DNA of 39,181 nucleotides from NCBI GenBank assembly GCA_041163785.1, contig JBEAQQ010000206.1, positions 1 through 39,181 on the forward strand. Reading direction: 5' to 3'. The notes under the pieces are model-generated. The model worked only from the letters and a program-made list of their open reading frames with translations. It was not told the DNA's origin and searched no databases. Positions 9,697 to 19,087 of the stretch are shown here, one piece after another (positions within the stretch are counted from its first letter, which is position 1; every line of letters begins with the position of its first letter). The position numbers were made by a program, and so were the translations under genes. This DNA comes from Pseudomonadota bacterium. Lineage in GTDB: Bacteria > Pseudomonadota > Gammaproteobacteria > Pseudomonadales > JAHEIH01.

Positions 9697-11973
9697 ATGC
9701 TGACTTCACTGCGTCGGATTGTTCAAGAGGTTAACTCGGTAAAAAATTACGCCGAGGCCCTCAAGCTCATCGTCGATCGTGTCGCCGATGAGATGAACAC
9801 CGATGTCTGTACCATTTATATGTGGGACGACAGCACTCAGCGCTTTGTTTTTGCGGCCACGCGCGGCCTAAATCAAGACCTCTGCGGCAAGGTCAGTCTG
9901 TCGCGCGATGAGGGTTTGGTCGGTTTAGTGGGTATGCGCGAAGAACCCCTTAACCTAGAGCGAGCCGATGCTCACCCGCGCTTCCATTTCATGGCCGGTA
10001 TCGGTGAAGAACTCTACAACGCCTTCCTGGGTGTGCCCATCATTCACCAGCGCCGTGTGCTGGGTGTGTTGGTCGTACAGCAGGCGGCGCGCCGTCGCTT
10101 TGACGAAGCGGAAGAAGCGTTTTTGGTAACTCTGTCGGCCCAGTTGGCGGGGGTGATTGCCCACGCCGAGGCCAGTGGTGCACTGCACGACGTCGATAAT
10201 CGACAAGAGTTAGGGCAGCGCCCCAACGCAAAATTTCAAGGTATTGGCGCGGTGCGGGGCACGGCGATTGGTACCGCGGTGGTGGCGTCGCCGCAGGCCA
10301 ATTTAGAGGCCGTCCCCAGCCGCCTCGCTGATGATATCCCTAAAGAAATCGAACACTACAACCGCGCCATCGATGCGGTGCGCATGGATATTTGGCGGCT
10401 GCGTGAAAAACTCAGCGGCCGTTTGCGCCCTGAGGAGCGCGCGCTGTTTGACGTTTACTTGGGCATGTTGAACGACAACGCTTTGGGTAACGAAGTTATC
10501 GAGCGCATTCGTGCCGGCGAGTGGGCCCAAGGGGCGCTTTCACAGGTGATTCTTGAGCACGTGCAGACCTTCGAAATGATGGAGGACGCCTACCTGCGCG
10601 AGCGCGCGGTCGATGTGAAAGATTTGGGGCGTCGCGTGCTGTCGTACATGCAGAACGCCAATCAAGGTGAGCAGGAATACCCCGATAACACCATCTTGGT
10701 GGGCGAGGAGCTGACGGCGTCCATGCTGGGCGAAGTGCCCAAAGATAAATTGATAGGTCTGATTTCGGTGCAGGGTTCGGGCAACTCGCACGTGGCGATT
10801 ATGGCGCGGGCGATGGGTATTCCCACCGTCATGGGTGCCATGGATTTGCCCTATGCGCGCCTTGAGGGCCGCCAGTTAATTTTGGATGGTTACGCCGGTA
10901 CCGTGTTCGCTAACCCCGGCGAGGAATTGCTGGAGCACTACTACGAAGTGTTGGAGCAGGAGCGACAAGAGCTCGATGCGCTGTATGACCTGCGCGATTT
11001 GCCCTGTGAGATGCTCGATGGCCACCGCATTGAATTGGTGGTGAATACCGGTTTGAATTCCGATGTAGGTCGCTCGCTCGACCACGGTGCCGAGGGGGTC
11101 GGTTTGTACCGCACCGAAATGCCCTTCATGATTCGCGAACGCTTCCCCTCCGAAGAGGAACAGCGACGCATCTACCGCGAGCATCTGCAGGCCTTTGCGC
11201 CCAACCCAGTGACCATGCGTACCCTCGATATCGGTGGTGACAAGGCCTTGCCCTATTTCCCGATCCAAGAGGAAAACCCGTTTTTGGGTTGGCGCGGTAT
11301 TCGCGTCACGCTGGATCACCCGGAAATTTTCTTGGTGCAGTGCCGGGCCATGATCCGCGCTAACGAGGGGCTGGGCAACCTCAAAATCATGTTGCCTATG
11401 ATCAGCCACGTGGCGGAATTGGACGAGGCGCTGGCACTGATCTACCGCTGTTACGACGAGTTGGTTGAAGAGGGTATCGAATCGCCTATGCCTAAAATTG
11501 GGGTGATGGTCGAGGTGCCCGCCGCGGTCTACCAAGCTCGTCAGCTGGCGCGCCGCGTTGATTTCCTGTCGGTCGGTAGCAACGACCTAACCCAGTATTT
11601 GTTAGCGGTGGATCGCAACAATGCGCGCGTCGCTGATCTTTACCACCAGTACCACCCCGCCGTGCTGCAAGCGCTCGCCAGTATTGCTGCCGACGCAAAG
11701 TTTGAAGGCAAGGATTTATCGATCTGTGGCGAGCTGGCGGGTGACCCAGGAGCGTCCATTTTGCTGGCGGCCATGGGCTACAAGAGCCTGTCGATGAGCG
11801 CCAACAACTTGCCGCGGGTGAAGTCGGTGTTGCGCCAGGTGAGTATGGAGCAAGCCACAGGGTTGTTGGAGACAGTATTGTTAATGGACAATTCACGCGA
11901 TGTGCAGCGCTGTGTCGACGGTTTGATTCGCAAGCTCGGCCTGAGCCGGATGTTCCAGAGTTCAGACGCGTAG
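9697..11973 (+). CDS. ptsP: Phosphoenolpyruvate-protein phosphotransferase PtsP (EI-Ntr) with N-terminal GAF domain
   Basis: 758 aa. GAF-like N-terminus, phospho-His region GSGNSHVAIMARAMGIPTV and PEP-utilising signature SVGSNDLTQY. Conserved rppH-ptsP pairing with a 3-nt gap. Confidence 0.95.
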   Translation: MLTSLRRIVQEVNSVKNYAEALKLIVDRVADEMNTDVCTIYMWDDSTQRFVFAATRGLNQDLCGKVSLSRDEGLVGLVGMREEPLNLERADAHPRFHFMAGIGEELYNAFLGVPIIHQRRVLGVLVVQQAARRRFDEAEEAFLVTLSAQLAGVIAHAEASGALHDVDNRQELGQRPNAKFQGIGAVRGTAIGTAVVASPQANLEAVPSRLADDIPKEIEHYNRAIDAVRMDIWRLREKLSGRLRPEERALFDVYLGMLNDNALGNEVIERIRAGEWAQGALSQVILEHVQTFEMMEDAYLRERAVDVKDLGRRVLSYMQNANQGEQEYPDNTILVGEELTASMLGEVPKDKLIGLISVQGSGNSHVAIMARAMGIPTVMGAMDLPYARLEGRQLILDGYAGTVFANPGEELLEHYYEVLEQERQELDALYDLRDLPCEMLDGHRIELVVNTGLNSDVGRSLDHGAEGVGLYRTEMPFMIRERFPSEEEQRRIYREHLQAFAPNPVTMRTLDIGGDKALPYFPIQEENPFLGWRGIRVTLDHPEIFLVQCRAMIRANEGLGNLKIMLPMISHVAELDEALALIYRCYDELVEEGIESPMPKIGVMVEVPAAVYQARQLARRVDFLSVGSNDLTQYLLAVDRNNARVADLYHQYHPAVLQALASIAADAKFEGKDLSICGELAGDPGASILLAAMGYKSLSMSANNLPRVKSVLRQVSMEQATGLLETVLLMDNSRDVQRCVDGLIRKLGLSRMFQSSDA

Positions 11974-12088
11974 TTACTGGACATTTTCCCTGCTTGCGTT
12001 CGCAATAGTGCCGGTCCGCTGTTAGAATTCTCGCCCTATATTGTTTTTCACGCGCAAGTTAAAAGCCACCAAGAGAACCGCCGCACCT

Positions 12089-12889
12089 ATGCAAGACTTA
12101 TTCATTTATTTACCCATGGGCGCTCTGGCGGGTTTACAAGCCGGCTTGCTGGGCGTTGGTGGCGGCTTGATCATCGTTCCCGTGTTGCTGTTTACCTTTG
12201 CGCTGCAGGGTTTTGAAAGCGATTTTGCTACCCACATGGCGGTCGGTACATCGCTAGCCACTATTTTTGTGACGTCGATTAGTTCGGTCTTGGCCCACCG
12301 TAAACACGGTAATATCGACTGGACCATCTTTCAATATTTGGCACCCGGCATTGTGGTAGGTGTGTGGATTGGCGTTCAAACGGCGCTGTCGCTAAGCGGC
12401 ACCACCCTGCAACTATTGATTGCGAGTTTTGCCATGTTGGTGGCGCTGAAAATGGCGCTGGGTTTCAACCCCAAGCCTGAGCGCAGTATTGCTGGCCCAG
12501 CGGGGCTGATGGGCGCGGGTTCTTTGATTGGTTGCGCCTCGTCGATTTTTGGTATCGGCGGTGGCACCCTAACCGTGCCTTTCCTGCGCTGGTCGAATGT
12601 GTCGATGCAAAAGGCCGTGGGCATTTCTGCGGCCTGCGGTATGCCGATTGCCCTGGTGGGTGCGGCCACCAATATGTGGGAAGGTATGCACCTTGAGCAC
12701 CTGCCTGAAGGCGCTGTGGGTTATGTCTATTTGCCGGCGTTTATCGGTATTGTGTCGACCAGTGCTATTTTTGCCAAGCTGGGCGCCAAGCTGGCGTCGA
12801 GTATTTCTGAAAAAGCCCTGCAGTGGTCATTTATTGGCTTTTTAGTCTTGGTGAGTTTGTCCTTATTTGCGCGGAATCTTCCCCTATGA
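12089..12889 (+). CDS. TauE/SafE family anion exporter membrane protein
   Basis: Polytopic membrane protein with duplicated [10 protein letters not shown] / [10 protein letters not shown] motifs. The ATG at 12089 is preferred over the TTG at 12041. Confidence 0.8.
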   Translation: MQDLFIYLPMGALAGLQAGLLGVGGGLIIVPVLLFTFALQGFESDFATHMAVGTSLATIFVTSISSVLAHRKHGNIDWTIFQYLAPGIVVGVWIGVQTALSLSGTTLQLLIASFAMLVALKMALGFNPKPERSIAGPAGLMGAGSLIGCASSIFGIGGGTLTVPFLRWSNVSMQKAVGISAACGMPIALVGAATNMWEGMHLEHLPEGAVGYVYLPAFIGIVSTSAIFAKLGAKLASSISEKALQWSFIGFLVLVSLSLFARNLPL

Positions 12890-13671
12890 TTCAGTACCCG
12901 ATGATCGATCCTGTCGCCGTTAGCCTCGGCCCTGTGGCTATTCACTGGTATGGCCTGATGTATATGTTTGGTTTTGCGGCGGCGTGGCGTCTGTCGTTGC
13001 GCAAGGCGCAGCGCGGCGGCCCGGTTCAGGCGGGACAGGTAGAAGACCTCATTTTTTACGGCGCCATGGGCGTGGTTCTCGGTGGTCGCTTTGGCTACGT
13101 GATTTTTTATAATTTTGGCCGTTTCCTGGAAGATCCGCTGTGGCTTTTGCGCATTTGGGAGGGCGGCATGTCCTTTCACGGCGGTTTACTCGGTGTCATT
13201 GTGGCCTTGGCGCTGTTTGCTAGGCAGCGCAAATTAGACCCTTTTGCGGTGTATGATTTTATTGCGCCAGTGGTACCTATTGGTCTGGGTTTGGGGCGTT
13301 TGGGCAACTTCATTGGTCAGGAATTGTGGGGCCGTGCCAGCGATGTGCCGTGGGCGATGGTGTTCCCCAACGATCCCTTGCAGCTTGCGCGCCACCCCTC
13401 TCAGCTCTATCAAGCGCTGTTGGAGGGCTTGTGTCTGTTCTTAATGCTGCATATCTACTCGCGCAAGCCCCGTCCCGCACCGGCGGTGGGCGGATTATTC
13501 TTGGCGGGTTATGCTGTGTTCCGTTTCACAGTAGAATTTGTGCGAGAGCCTGACGGTCACATTGGTTTCGACGCCTTTGGCTGGATGACCCGTGGGCAGA
13601 TTTTGTGTATTCCGATGTTGCTTGTCGGTGTTGGTCTCATGGTTTGGGCCCACCGTCGACCATCACACTGA
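12886..13671 (+). CDS. lgt: Phosphatidylglycerol-prolipoprotein diacylglyceryl transferase
   Basis: HWYGLMY, GGRFGY and the Lgt signature [18 protein letters not shown] overlap with the upstream gene at 12886-12889. Confidence 0.93.
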   Translation: MIQYPMIDPVAVSLGPVAIHWYGLMYMFGFAAAWRLSLRKAQRGGPVQAGQVEDLIFYGAMGVVLGGRFGYVIFYNFGRFLEDPLWLLRIWEGGMSFHGGLLGVIVALALFARQRKLDPFAVYDFIAPVVPIGLGLGRLGNFIGQELWGRASDVPWAMVFPNDPLQLARHPSQLYQALLEGLCLFLMLHIYSRKPRPAPAVGGLFLAGYAVFRFTVEFVREPDGHIGFDAFGWMTRGQILCIPMLLVGVGLMVWAHRRPSH

Positions 13672-13682
13672 GATAACCATCA

Positions 13683-14534
13683 ATGAAACAGTATTTGGCG
13701 CTGTGCCAGCGCATTATTGATAGTGGTACTTGGATTGAAAACGTGCGCACGGGTATCCGCTGCTTGACCGTGATCAATGCTGACCTTGAGTACAATGTGG
13801 GCGACAACGAGTTCCCGTTGATTACCACCCGTAAGAGTTTCTATAAAGCCGCGATTGCTGAGTTGTTGGGCTATTTGCGCGGTTATGACAGCGCCGCTCA
13901 GTTTCGCGATATCGGCTGTAACACTTGGAATGCCAACGCCAACGAAAATACTGCCTGGTTGAATAGCCCGCACCGCAAGGGTGAAGACGACATGGGGCGC
14001 GTCTACGGTGTGCAGGGTCGCGAATGGCGCAAGCACGATGGGAGTTCGCTGGACCAGTTGCGCAAAATTGTCGACAACCTGTCCAAGGGTATTGACGACC
14101 GCGGTGAAATTCTCACCTTCTACAACCCCGGTGAATTTGAACTGGGCTGTCTGCGCCCATGCATGCACACGCACCAGTTTTCGCTGTTGGGTGACACGCT
14201 CTATTTAAACAGTTTTCAGCGCAGTTGCGACGTGCCGTTGGGGCTGAATTTTAATCAGATCCAGTGCTTTGTCTTGCTCGCCTTGATGGCGCAGATCACC
14301 GGTTATAAGGCAGGTGTGGCCTACCACAAGATTGTGAATGCCCACATCTATGAAAACCAAGTTGATCTTATGCGCGATGTGCAACTGCAGCGCGAACCGT
14401 TTGCGCCGCCTCGCTTGACCATCAACCCCGCCATTAAATCTCTAGAAGATATCGAAACGTGGGTGACCACCGATGATTTCACAGTGGAGGGGTATCAGTG
14501 CCACGACCCCATTAAATATCCCTTCGCGGTATAA
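13683..14534 (+). CDS. thyA: Thymidylate synthase (283-aa long form)
   Basis: MKQYL N-terminus, catalytic-Cys region [21 protein letters not shown] and a C-terminal PFAV. Confidence 0.95.
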   Translation: MKQYLALCQRIIDSGTWIENVRTGIRCLTVINADLEYNVGDNEFPLITTRKSFYKAAIAELLGYLRGYDSAAQFRDIGCNTWNANANENTAWLNSPHRKGEDDMGRVYGVQGREWRKHDGSSLDQLRKIVDNLSKGIDDRGEILTFYNPGEFELGCLRPCMHTHQFSLLGDTLYLNSFQRSCDVPLGLNFNQIQCFVLLALMAQITGYKAGVAYHKIVNAHIYENQVDLMRDVQLQREPFAPPRLTINPAIKSLEDIETWVTTDDFTVEGYQCHDPIKYPFAV

Positions 14535-14551
14535 CGCATTACGGTATAGCT

Positions 14552-15064
14552 ATGTCTGATTTTACTCTCTCCGCCATCGTGGCCATGGCGCAAAATCGCG
14601 TCATCGGCATTAATAACAGTCTGCCATGGTATCTGCCGAACGACTTGAAATACTTTAAGGCGGTGACGATGGGTAAGCCGGTGATTATGGGTCGCAAGAC
14701 CTTCGAGTCGATTGGCAAACCCCTGCCGGGCCGTCCCAATATTGTGATCAGCACCAATCCGGATTACAGCGCGGAGGGCGTGAGTGTCGTTGCTAGTGTG
14801 GAGGCCGCCCGCGAGCTCGCCAGAAATATTGTGGCAATTAATGGTGGCAGCGAAGCGATGGTGATTGGTGGAGAGCAAATCTATCGCTTGTTCATGGGCA
14901 GTTTAGATCGCTTGTACTTGACCGAGGTGATGGCCGAAGTGCATGGCGATGCGTGGTTCCCCGAGTTTGATGAGACCCAGTGGCTAGAATCGTCATGCCA
15001 TGAGTACCCCGCCGAGGGCCCTAATCCTTACGACTACCGAATACGTATTCTTGATAAAAAATAG
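14552..15064 (+). CDS. folA: Dihydrofolate reductase
   Basis: LSAIVAMAQNRVIGINNSLPWYLPNDLKYFKAVTMGKPVIMGRKTFESIG is the DHFR signature. 170 aa. Confidence 0.95.
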   Translation: MSDFTLSAIVAMAQNRVIGINNSLPWYLPNDLKYFKAVTMGKPVIMGRKTFESIGKPLPGRPNIVISTNPDYSAEGVSVVASVEAARELARNIVAINGGSEAMVIGGEQIYRLFMGSLDRLYLTEVMAEVHGDAWFPEFDETQWLESSCHEYPAEGPNPYDYRIRILDKK

Positions 15065-15080
15065 TGTTACCCCGGCCCAA

Positions 15081-15114
15081 AAGTGTTACCGAAAACATTG
15101 TTAGGGTAACACTT
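15081..15114. repeat. Perfect 10-bp inverted repeat (AAGTGTTACC-N14-GGTAACACTT) downstream of folA; possible operator or T-less terminator hairpin
   Basis: Arms at 15081-15090 and 15105-15114 are exact reverse complements. A third direct copy, AGTGTTACC, lies at 15063-15071 and overlaps the folA stop codon. Confidence 0.6.
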
Positions 15115-15246
15115 GGGGGTCATATTTTACTTAATTGTAGAAAAAGTTACGTTCGTTACAATTCTTCCTTGATTAAACCGGTTGCGAATTCATAGAATCG
15201 ACGTTCGTTGATTTTGGCGGGGTTCGTGTATGCGCATTCCGCTGTC

Positions 15247-15265
15247 AATATTGATGATGGTAACC
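15247..15265. promoter_or_regulatory. Weak candidate Fur box upstream of the TonB2-type cluster
   Basis: AATATTGATGATGGTAACC matches 12 of 19 positions of GATAATGATAATCATTATC by eye. It lies about 50 nt upstream of the ATG at 15314. Confidence 0.25.
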
Positions 15266-15313
15266 GCCACCCGGCGGATAATAACTAACGCTCCGATAGG
15301 AAAGTTAATTCTC

Positions 15314-16096
15314 ATGAAAACGCATCGTTTAAATAAGGTCTTTTTGGCATGTGCTGCTACTAGCGCACTGCTTGCGACCGCAGCAAACGTCCAAGCTAAC
15401 AGCTTGGAAGCTGTATTGAAGGTTGGCCAAGATCGCCACACCGCCGCTAAGCAATCACAAGTAAAAGTTGACCGTTTGGCTGACGAAACTCGTGACCTGC
15501 TCACAGATTACAAAACTGTCATGAAAGAAGTTGACGGTCTCCGTGTCTACAACGACCGCCTAGAGCGCACGTTGAAGAAGCAAGAGCAACGCCTTGCTAA
15601 CCTGGAGAAGTCGATTTCAGAAGTGACTGTTATCCAGCGTCAAGTTGACCCTCTGTTGGTTAAGATGATGGACGGCCTCGAGCAGTTCATTTCTCTGGAT
15701 ATTCCTTTCGACCACGAGCGTCGTATGGACAACCTCGACATTCTGCGCAGCAGCATGGAGCGTTCGGATCTGACTACCGCTGAGAAATTCCGCCAGGTAT
15801 TGGAAGCGTACAAGATCGAAAACGAATACGGCCGCATGTTGTCAACCGCTGAAACAACGATCGAAATCGATGGTGTTGAGCGCAACGTGACTACGCTGCA
15901 AGTGGGTCGTGTAGCACTTGTTTACCAAACAGCAGACAAAACAATGACAGGTATGTGGAATCAAAACAGCCGTCAGTGGGAAGCACTGGACGACGGTGAA
16001 TACCAATCAGCTGTTGATAAAGCTATCAAAATCGCTAAGAAAGAAGCGGTTTATGATCTGTTGAAATTGCCTGTACTTCCACCGGAGGCTAAGTAA
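15314..16096 (+). CDS. DUF3450 periplasmic coiled-coil protein (TtpB-like component of TonB2-type systems)
   Basis: Signal peptide MKTHRLNKVFLACAATSALLATAANVQA, a coiled-coil region and a conserved C-terminus (EKFRQVLEAYKIENEYGR ... GRVALVYQT). AGGAAA RBS before 15314. The ORF-track start at 15230 adds a non-secretory extension. Confidence 0.85.
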   Translation: MKTHRLNKVFLACAATSALLATAANVQANSLEAVLKVGQDRHTAAKQSQVKVDRLADETRDLLTDYKTVMKEVDGLRVYNDRLERTLKKQEQRLANLEKSISEVTVIQRQVDPLLVKMMDGLEQFISLDIPFDHERRMDNLDILRSSMERSDLTTAEKFRQVLEAYKIENEYGRMLSTAETTIEIDGVERNVTTLQVGRVALVYQTADKTMTGMWNQNSRQWEALDDGEYQSAVDKAIKIAKKEAVYDLLKLPVLPPEAK

Positions 16097-17475
16097 TGAA
16101 AATGAATATTGCTAAGTCCATCGTTCTAGCCGGTGGCGTAATGTTGGCAGCCTCTGGCGCCTTCGCTCAAGAAAGCAACGCTCGCTCACTCGACGAGCTG
16201 TTGGGTTTTGTTAAGCAAGGTCAAACCAACGAAGCTAAAGAAAACGCTGCACGTGAAGCGCGTTTCCGCGCTGATAAAGCAGCACAAGCTAAAATGTTGC
16301 AAGAAGCGAAAGACGAGCGCGCTCGTCAAGAGCGTCGTTCAGCACAACTTGAAAAGCAATTTGAAGAAAACGAAAAGCGCTTGGCCGCTACTCAAAAACG
16401 TCTGCGTGACGCGATGGGTTCGTTGCAAGAATTGTTTGGTCACATTACTTCAACCGCGGGTGATGCTCGCTCTAACTTTGAAGGTTCGTTGACCAGTGCT
16501 CAATTTAAAGGCCGTGAAGACTTCTTGTCTGCATTGGTTGACAAAATGAGCGGCGGTGAGCAATTGCCAAGCATCGAAGAAATCGAGCGCGTATGGTACT
16601 TGTTGCTGCAAGAAATGATCGAATCAGGCCGTGTTGTTTCTTTCGACGCGACTATCGAAAAGCCAAACGGCGACAAAGTGGACAGCACCGTAACTCGCGT
16701 TGGTTTGTTCAACATTGTGTCTGCTGAAGGTAACTACCTGCAGTTCGTGCCTGAGACAGGTTCACTGTCTGAGTTGGCGCGACAGCCTGATGTCACTGGT
16801 GAAGCAGCAGCGTTGACAACGGCTACTTCAGTATCGCCTTTCTACGTGGATCCTACCGGTGCAACTGGCGGTTCATTCTTGGCAGCGTTGATTAACAGCC
16901 CTGACCTGGAAGAGCGTTGGCACCAAGGTGGCTACGTTGGCTACGTTATTACAGCCGTAGGTGTTGTTGCGATGTTGATCGCCTTCCTGCGCTTGTTCGT
17001 ACTGGCTGGCATGAGCTCTAAAGTGAAAGCACAGTTGAAATCTTCTAAAGCTAATACTGACAACCCACTGGGTCGCGTGTTAAAAGTTCACGAAGACAAT
17101 CCTTCTATGGATACCGAAACGCTTGAGTTGAAACTGAGCGAAGCGATCTTGAAAGAAACACCTGCGATCGAGAAGAACTTGACGCTGTTGAAGATCATCG
17201 CTGCTGTTGCTCCTCTGTTGGGTCTGTTGGGTACCGTAACCGGTATGATCGTGACCTTCCAAGCGATTACTATCTTCGGTGCGGGTGATCCAAAAGCGAT
17301 GGCTGGCGGTATTTCTGGTGCTCTGGTAACCACAGTATTGGGTCTGATCGTTGCTATCCCAACCGTTCTGATGCATACCATCGTTAACGGTAAGGCGAAA
17401 GAGATCATTCACATTCTGGAAGAGCAAACTACCGGTATTATTGCTGAGCACACTGAAGCTAGCATAAAGGGTTAA
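16096..17475 (+). CDS. MotA/TolQ/ExbB family proton-channel protein with long N-terminal periplasmic coiled-coil domain (TtpC-like)
   Basis: 459 aa. Signal or anchor sequence, a Lys/Glu/Arg-rich coiled coil, then three TM segments with the ExbB-type motif APLLGLLGTVTGMI. TAATG overlap with the upstream gene. Confidence 0.85.
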   Translation: MKMNIAKSIVLAGGVMLAASGAFAQESNARSLDELLGFVKQGQTNEAKENAAREARFRADKAAQAKMLQEAKDERARQERRSAQLEKQFEENEKRLAATQKRLRDAMGSLQELFGHITSTAGDARSNFEGSLTSAQFKGREDFLSALVDKMSGGEQLPSIEEIERVWYLLLQEMIESGRVVSFDATIEKPNGDKVDSTVTRVGLFNIVSAEGNYLQFVPETGSLSELARQPDVTGEAAALTTATSVSPFYVDPTGATGGSFLAALINSPDLEERWHQGGYVGYVITAVGVVAMLIAFLRLFVLAGMSSKVKAQLKSSKANTDNPLGRVLKVHEDNPSMDTETLELKLSEAILKETPAIEKNLTLLKIIAAVAPLLGLLGTVTGMIVTFQAITIFGAGDPKAMAGGISGALVTTVLGLIVAIPTVLMHTIVNGKAKEIIHILEEQTTGIIAEHTEASIKG

Positions 17476-17479
17476 TACG

Positions 17480-17998
17480 ATGGATGAAGTCATCAAAGCG
17501 CTACTTTCATTTATGGATAAGGGTGGTCCAGTCCTCTGGGCCATCGCAGCTTTGACTCTGATTCTATGGACCTTAGTACTTGAGCGTATTTGGTATTACA
17601 AGACGACCTATAAAGAAGACAAAGCCGAGATTCTCCGCGTGTGGGAATCTCGCTCTGAAAGGAAGTCTTGGAATGCACACCAGGTGAGAGAAAAACTAAT
17701 CTCTGGCATGAACATCAAGATCAATGAGCATCTTGCGTTCATCCAGGCGTTGGTGGCTCTCGCCCCCCTATTCGGCCTTTTGGGTACCGTGTGGGGTATG
17801 ATTGAAGTGTTTAACATCATGGCGGTTACCGGTGGCGGTGACGCGAAGTCAATGGCAGGCGGTGTGTCTAAAGCGACCATCCCAACCATGGCGGGCATGG
17901 TGGCAGCACTTTCTGGGGTGTTCTCTAATACCTACGTAACAAGTATTGCGTCTAGGGAGTCTGAGTTGTTAGCTGATAGTTTAACAACCGATCACTAA
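17480..17998 (+). CDS. exbB: Biopolymer transport protein ExbB
   Basis: 172 aa with three TM segments and the motif APLFGLLGTVWGMI. Confidence 0.9.
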   Translation: MDEVIKALLSFMDKGGPVLWAIAALTLILWTLVLERIWYYKTTYKEDKAEILRVWESRSERKSWNAHQVREKLISGMNIKINEHLAFIQALVALAPLFGLLGTVWGMIEVFNIMAVTGGGDAKSMAGGVSKATIPTMAGMVAALSGVFSNTYVTSIASRESELLADSLTTDH

Positions 17999-18009
17999 GA
18001 GAGCTTTTC

Positions 18010-18426
18010 ATGAAAAGAAAACGTAATTCAGATGATCAAGGTGGGCAAATCGACTTAACGCCGATGCTCGACGTTGTATTCATCATGTTGATTTTCTTCA
18101 TCGTAACAGCTTCTTTTGTGAAGCTTCCGAAAGCTGACTACGCGCTGGCTGGTGCAGTGACATCTGAGGCTAAAAAGCCAAAGATTATCGTTGCAGTGAC
18201 CGAGACCAATGACTTTGTCTATGGCGACAAAACCATTGAGGCTCGCAACCTGAAACGCGAACTGCAAAAGATCTTCGCGGATGCGGGTTCTGCCGCAGAG
18301 CTTTCTATGCGGATGGACGCAAAATCCAACGCTGAGAGTTGGAATATTCTCTTTAAGGCCGCTACTGAGGCGGGTATCCCTAAAGAAAATATCTATCTCT
18401 CGATTGATTCGGAACAGGCAAATTAA
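18010..18426 (+). CDS. exbD: Biopolymer transport protein ExbD
   Basis: 138 aa. IDLTPMLDVVFIMLIFFIV contains the TM segment with the conserved Asp. Periplasmic C-domain follows. Confidence 0.9.
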   Translation: MKRKRNSDDQGGQIDLTPMLDVVFIMLIFFIVTASFVKLPKADYALAGAVTSEAKKPKIIVAVTETNDFVYGDKTIEARNLKRELQKIFADAGSAAELSMRMDAKSNAESWNILFKAATEAGIPKENIYLSIDSEQAN

Positions 18427-18429
18427 GTT

Positions 18430-19035
18430 ATGAAATCATCAAAACTTCTACTGTCCGGTGTTGTAGGTATTGGTATTACAGTAGGTCTTTTTTACCTGAT
18501 GTACGCCCTGGTACTGACCGATGAGGTCAAGCTGGACGATCTTGGCAATGACAAAATTGCTGACATCGTGATGCCCGAACCCGAGATTGATGTGCGTGTT
18601 GCAGAACTTAAACCTGAACAGCCTGAAGAGCCCGAGGAACCACCACCACCGATGCAAACGCCTGATGTTGAAGTCGTTGACGTCGATATGGCCTTGAACA
18701 TGGCAGCCCCTGCGGCTGCTGGTGTAAAAATTGGTCTTGGCGGCGGTTTGGGTGCCTCTGACGGCGAATATCTGCCCATCGTAAAGGTTGCTCCTATCTA
18801 CCCACGTCGTGCGACATCGCGTGGTATTGAGGGCTACTGTATTGTTGAGTACACGGTAACCACTAATGGTTCTATCCGTGACCCACAAGCAGTTGACTGC
18901 CAGCCCGCCGGTATATTTGAAAGCGCGTCTATCAAGGCGTCACTTAAGTTCAAATATAAGCCGCGCGTTGTTGACGGTGAAGCAATTGAAGTGGCAGGTG
19001 TTCAAAACAAGTTCACCTACACTCTGGAAAAATAA
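18430..19035 (+). CDS. tonB: Energy transducer TonB
   Basis: N-terminal TM anchor, Pro/Glu-rich spacer (PEQPEEPEEPPPP) and TonB C-terminal domain YPRRATSRGIEGYCIVEYTVTTNGS. Confidence 0.9.
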   Translation: MKSSKLLLSGVVGIGITVGLFYLMYALVLTDEVKLDDLGNDKIADIVMPEPEIDVRVAELKPEQPEEPEEPPPPMQTPDVEVVDVDMALNMAAPAAAGVKIGLGGGLGASDGEYLPIVKVAPIYPRRATSRGIEGYCIVEYTVTTNGSIRDPQAVDCQPAGIFESASIKASLKFKYKPRVVDGEAIEVAGVQNKFTYTLEK

Positions 19036-19040
19036 ATCGC

Positions 19041-19058
19041 GGTGGGTTTCGACCCACC
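19041..19058 (+). other. Intercistronic stem-loop with UUCG tetraloop between tonB and the TPR gene
   Basis: GGTGGGT (19041-19047) pairs with ACCCACC (19052-19058) around a TTCG loop. No T-run follows. Confidence 0.55.
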
Positions 19059-19087
19059 CCGGTTACGCTTAAGGTATAGATAAGATC

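Noticed and set aside
15180-15313. Cobalamin riboswitch in the TonB2 leader, prompted by GCCACCCGG resembling the B12 box GCCACTG
   Set aside because: None of the other conserved elements (AGGGAA, GGTGAAAATCC-type segments) are present, and the match is a short hairpin, CCGCC/GGCGG.
15230-15313. ORF-track start of the DUF3450 gene at 15230
   Set aside because: The extension precedes a canonical signal peptide that starts at the ATG at 15314, which has an AGGAAA RBS. The extension would bury the signal peptide.
15340-15356. Sigma-54-like TGGCAT...TGCT element
   Set aside because: The GG-to-GC spacing is 10 rather than 12 nt, and it lies inside the DUF3450 coding region.
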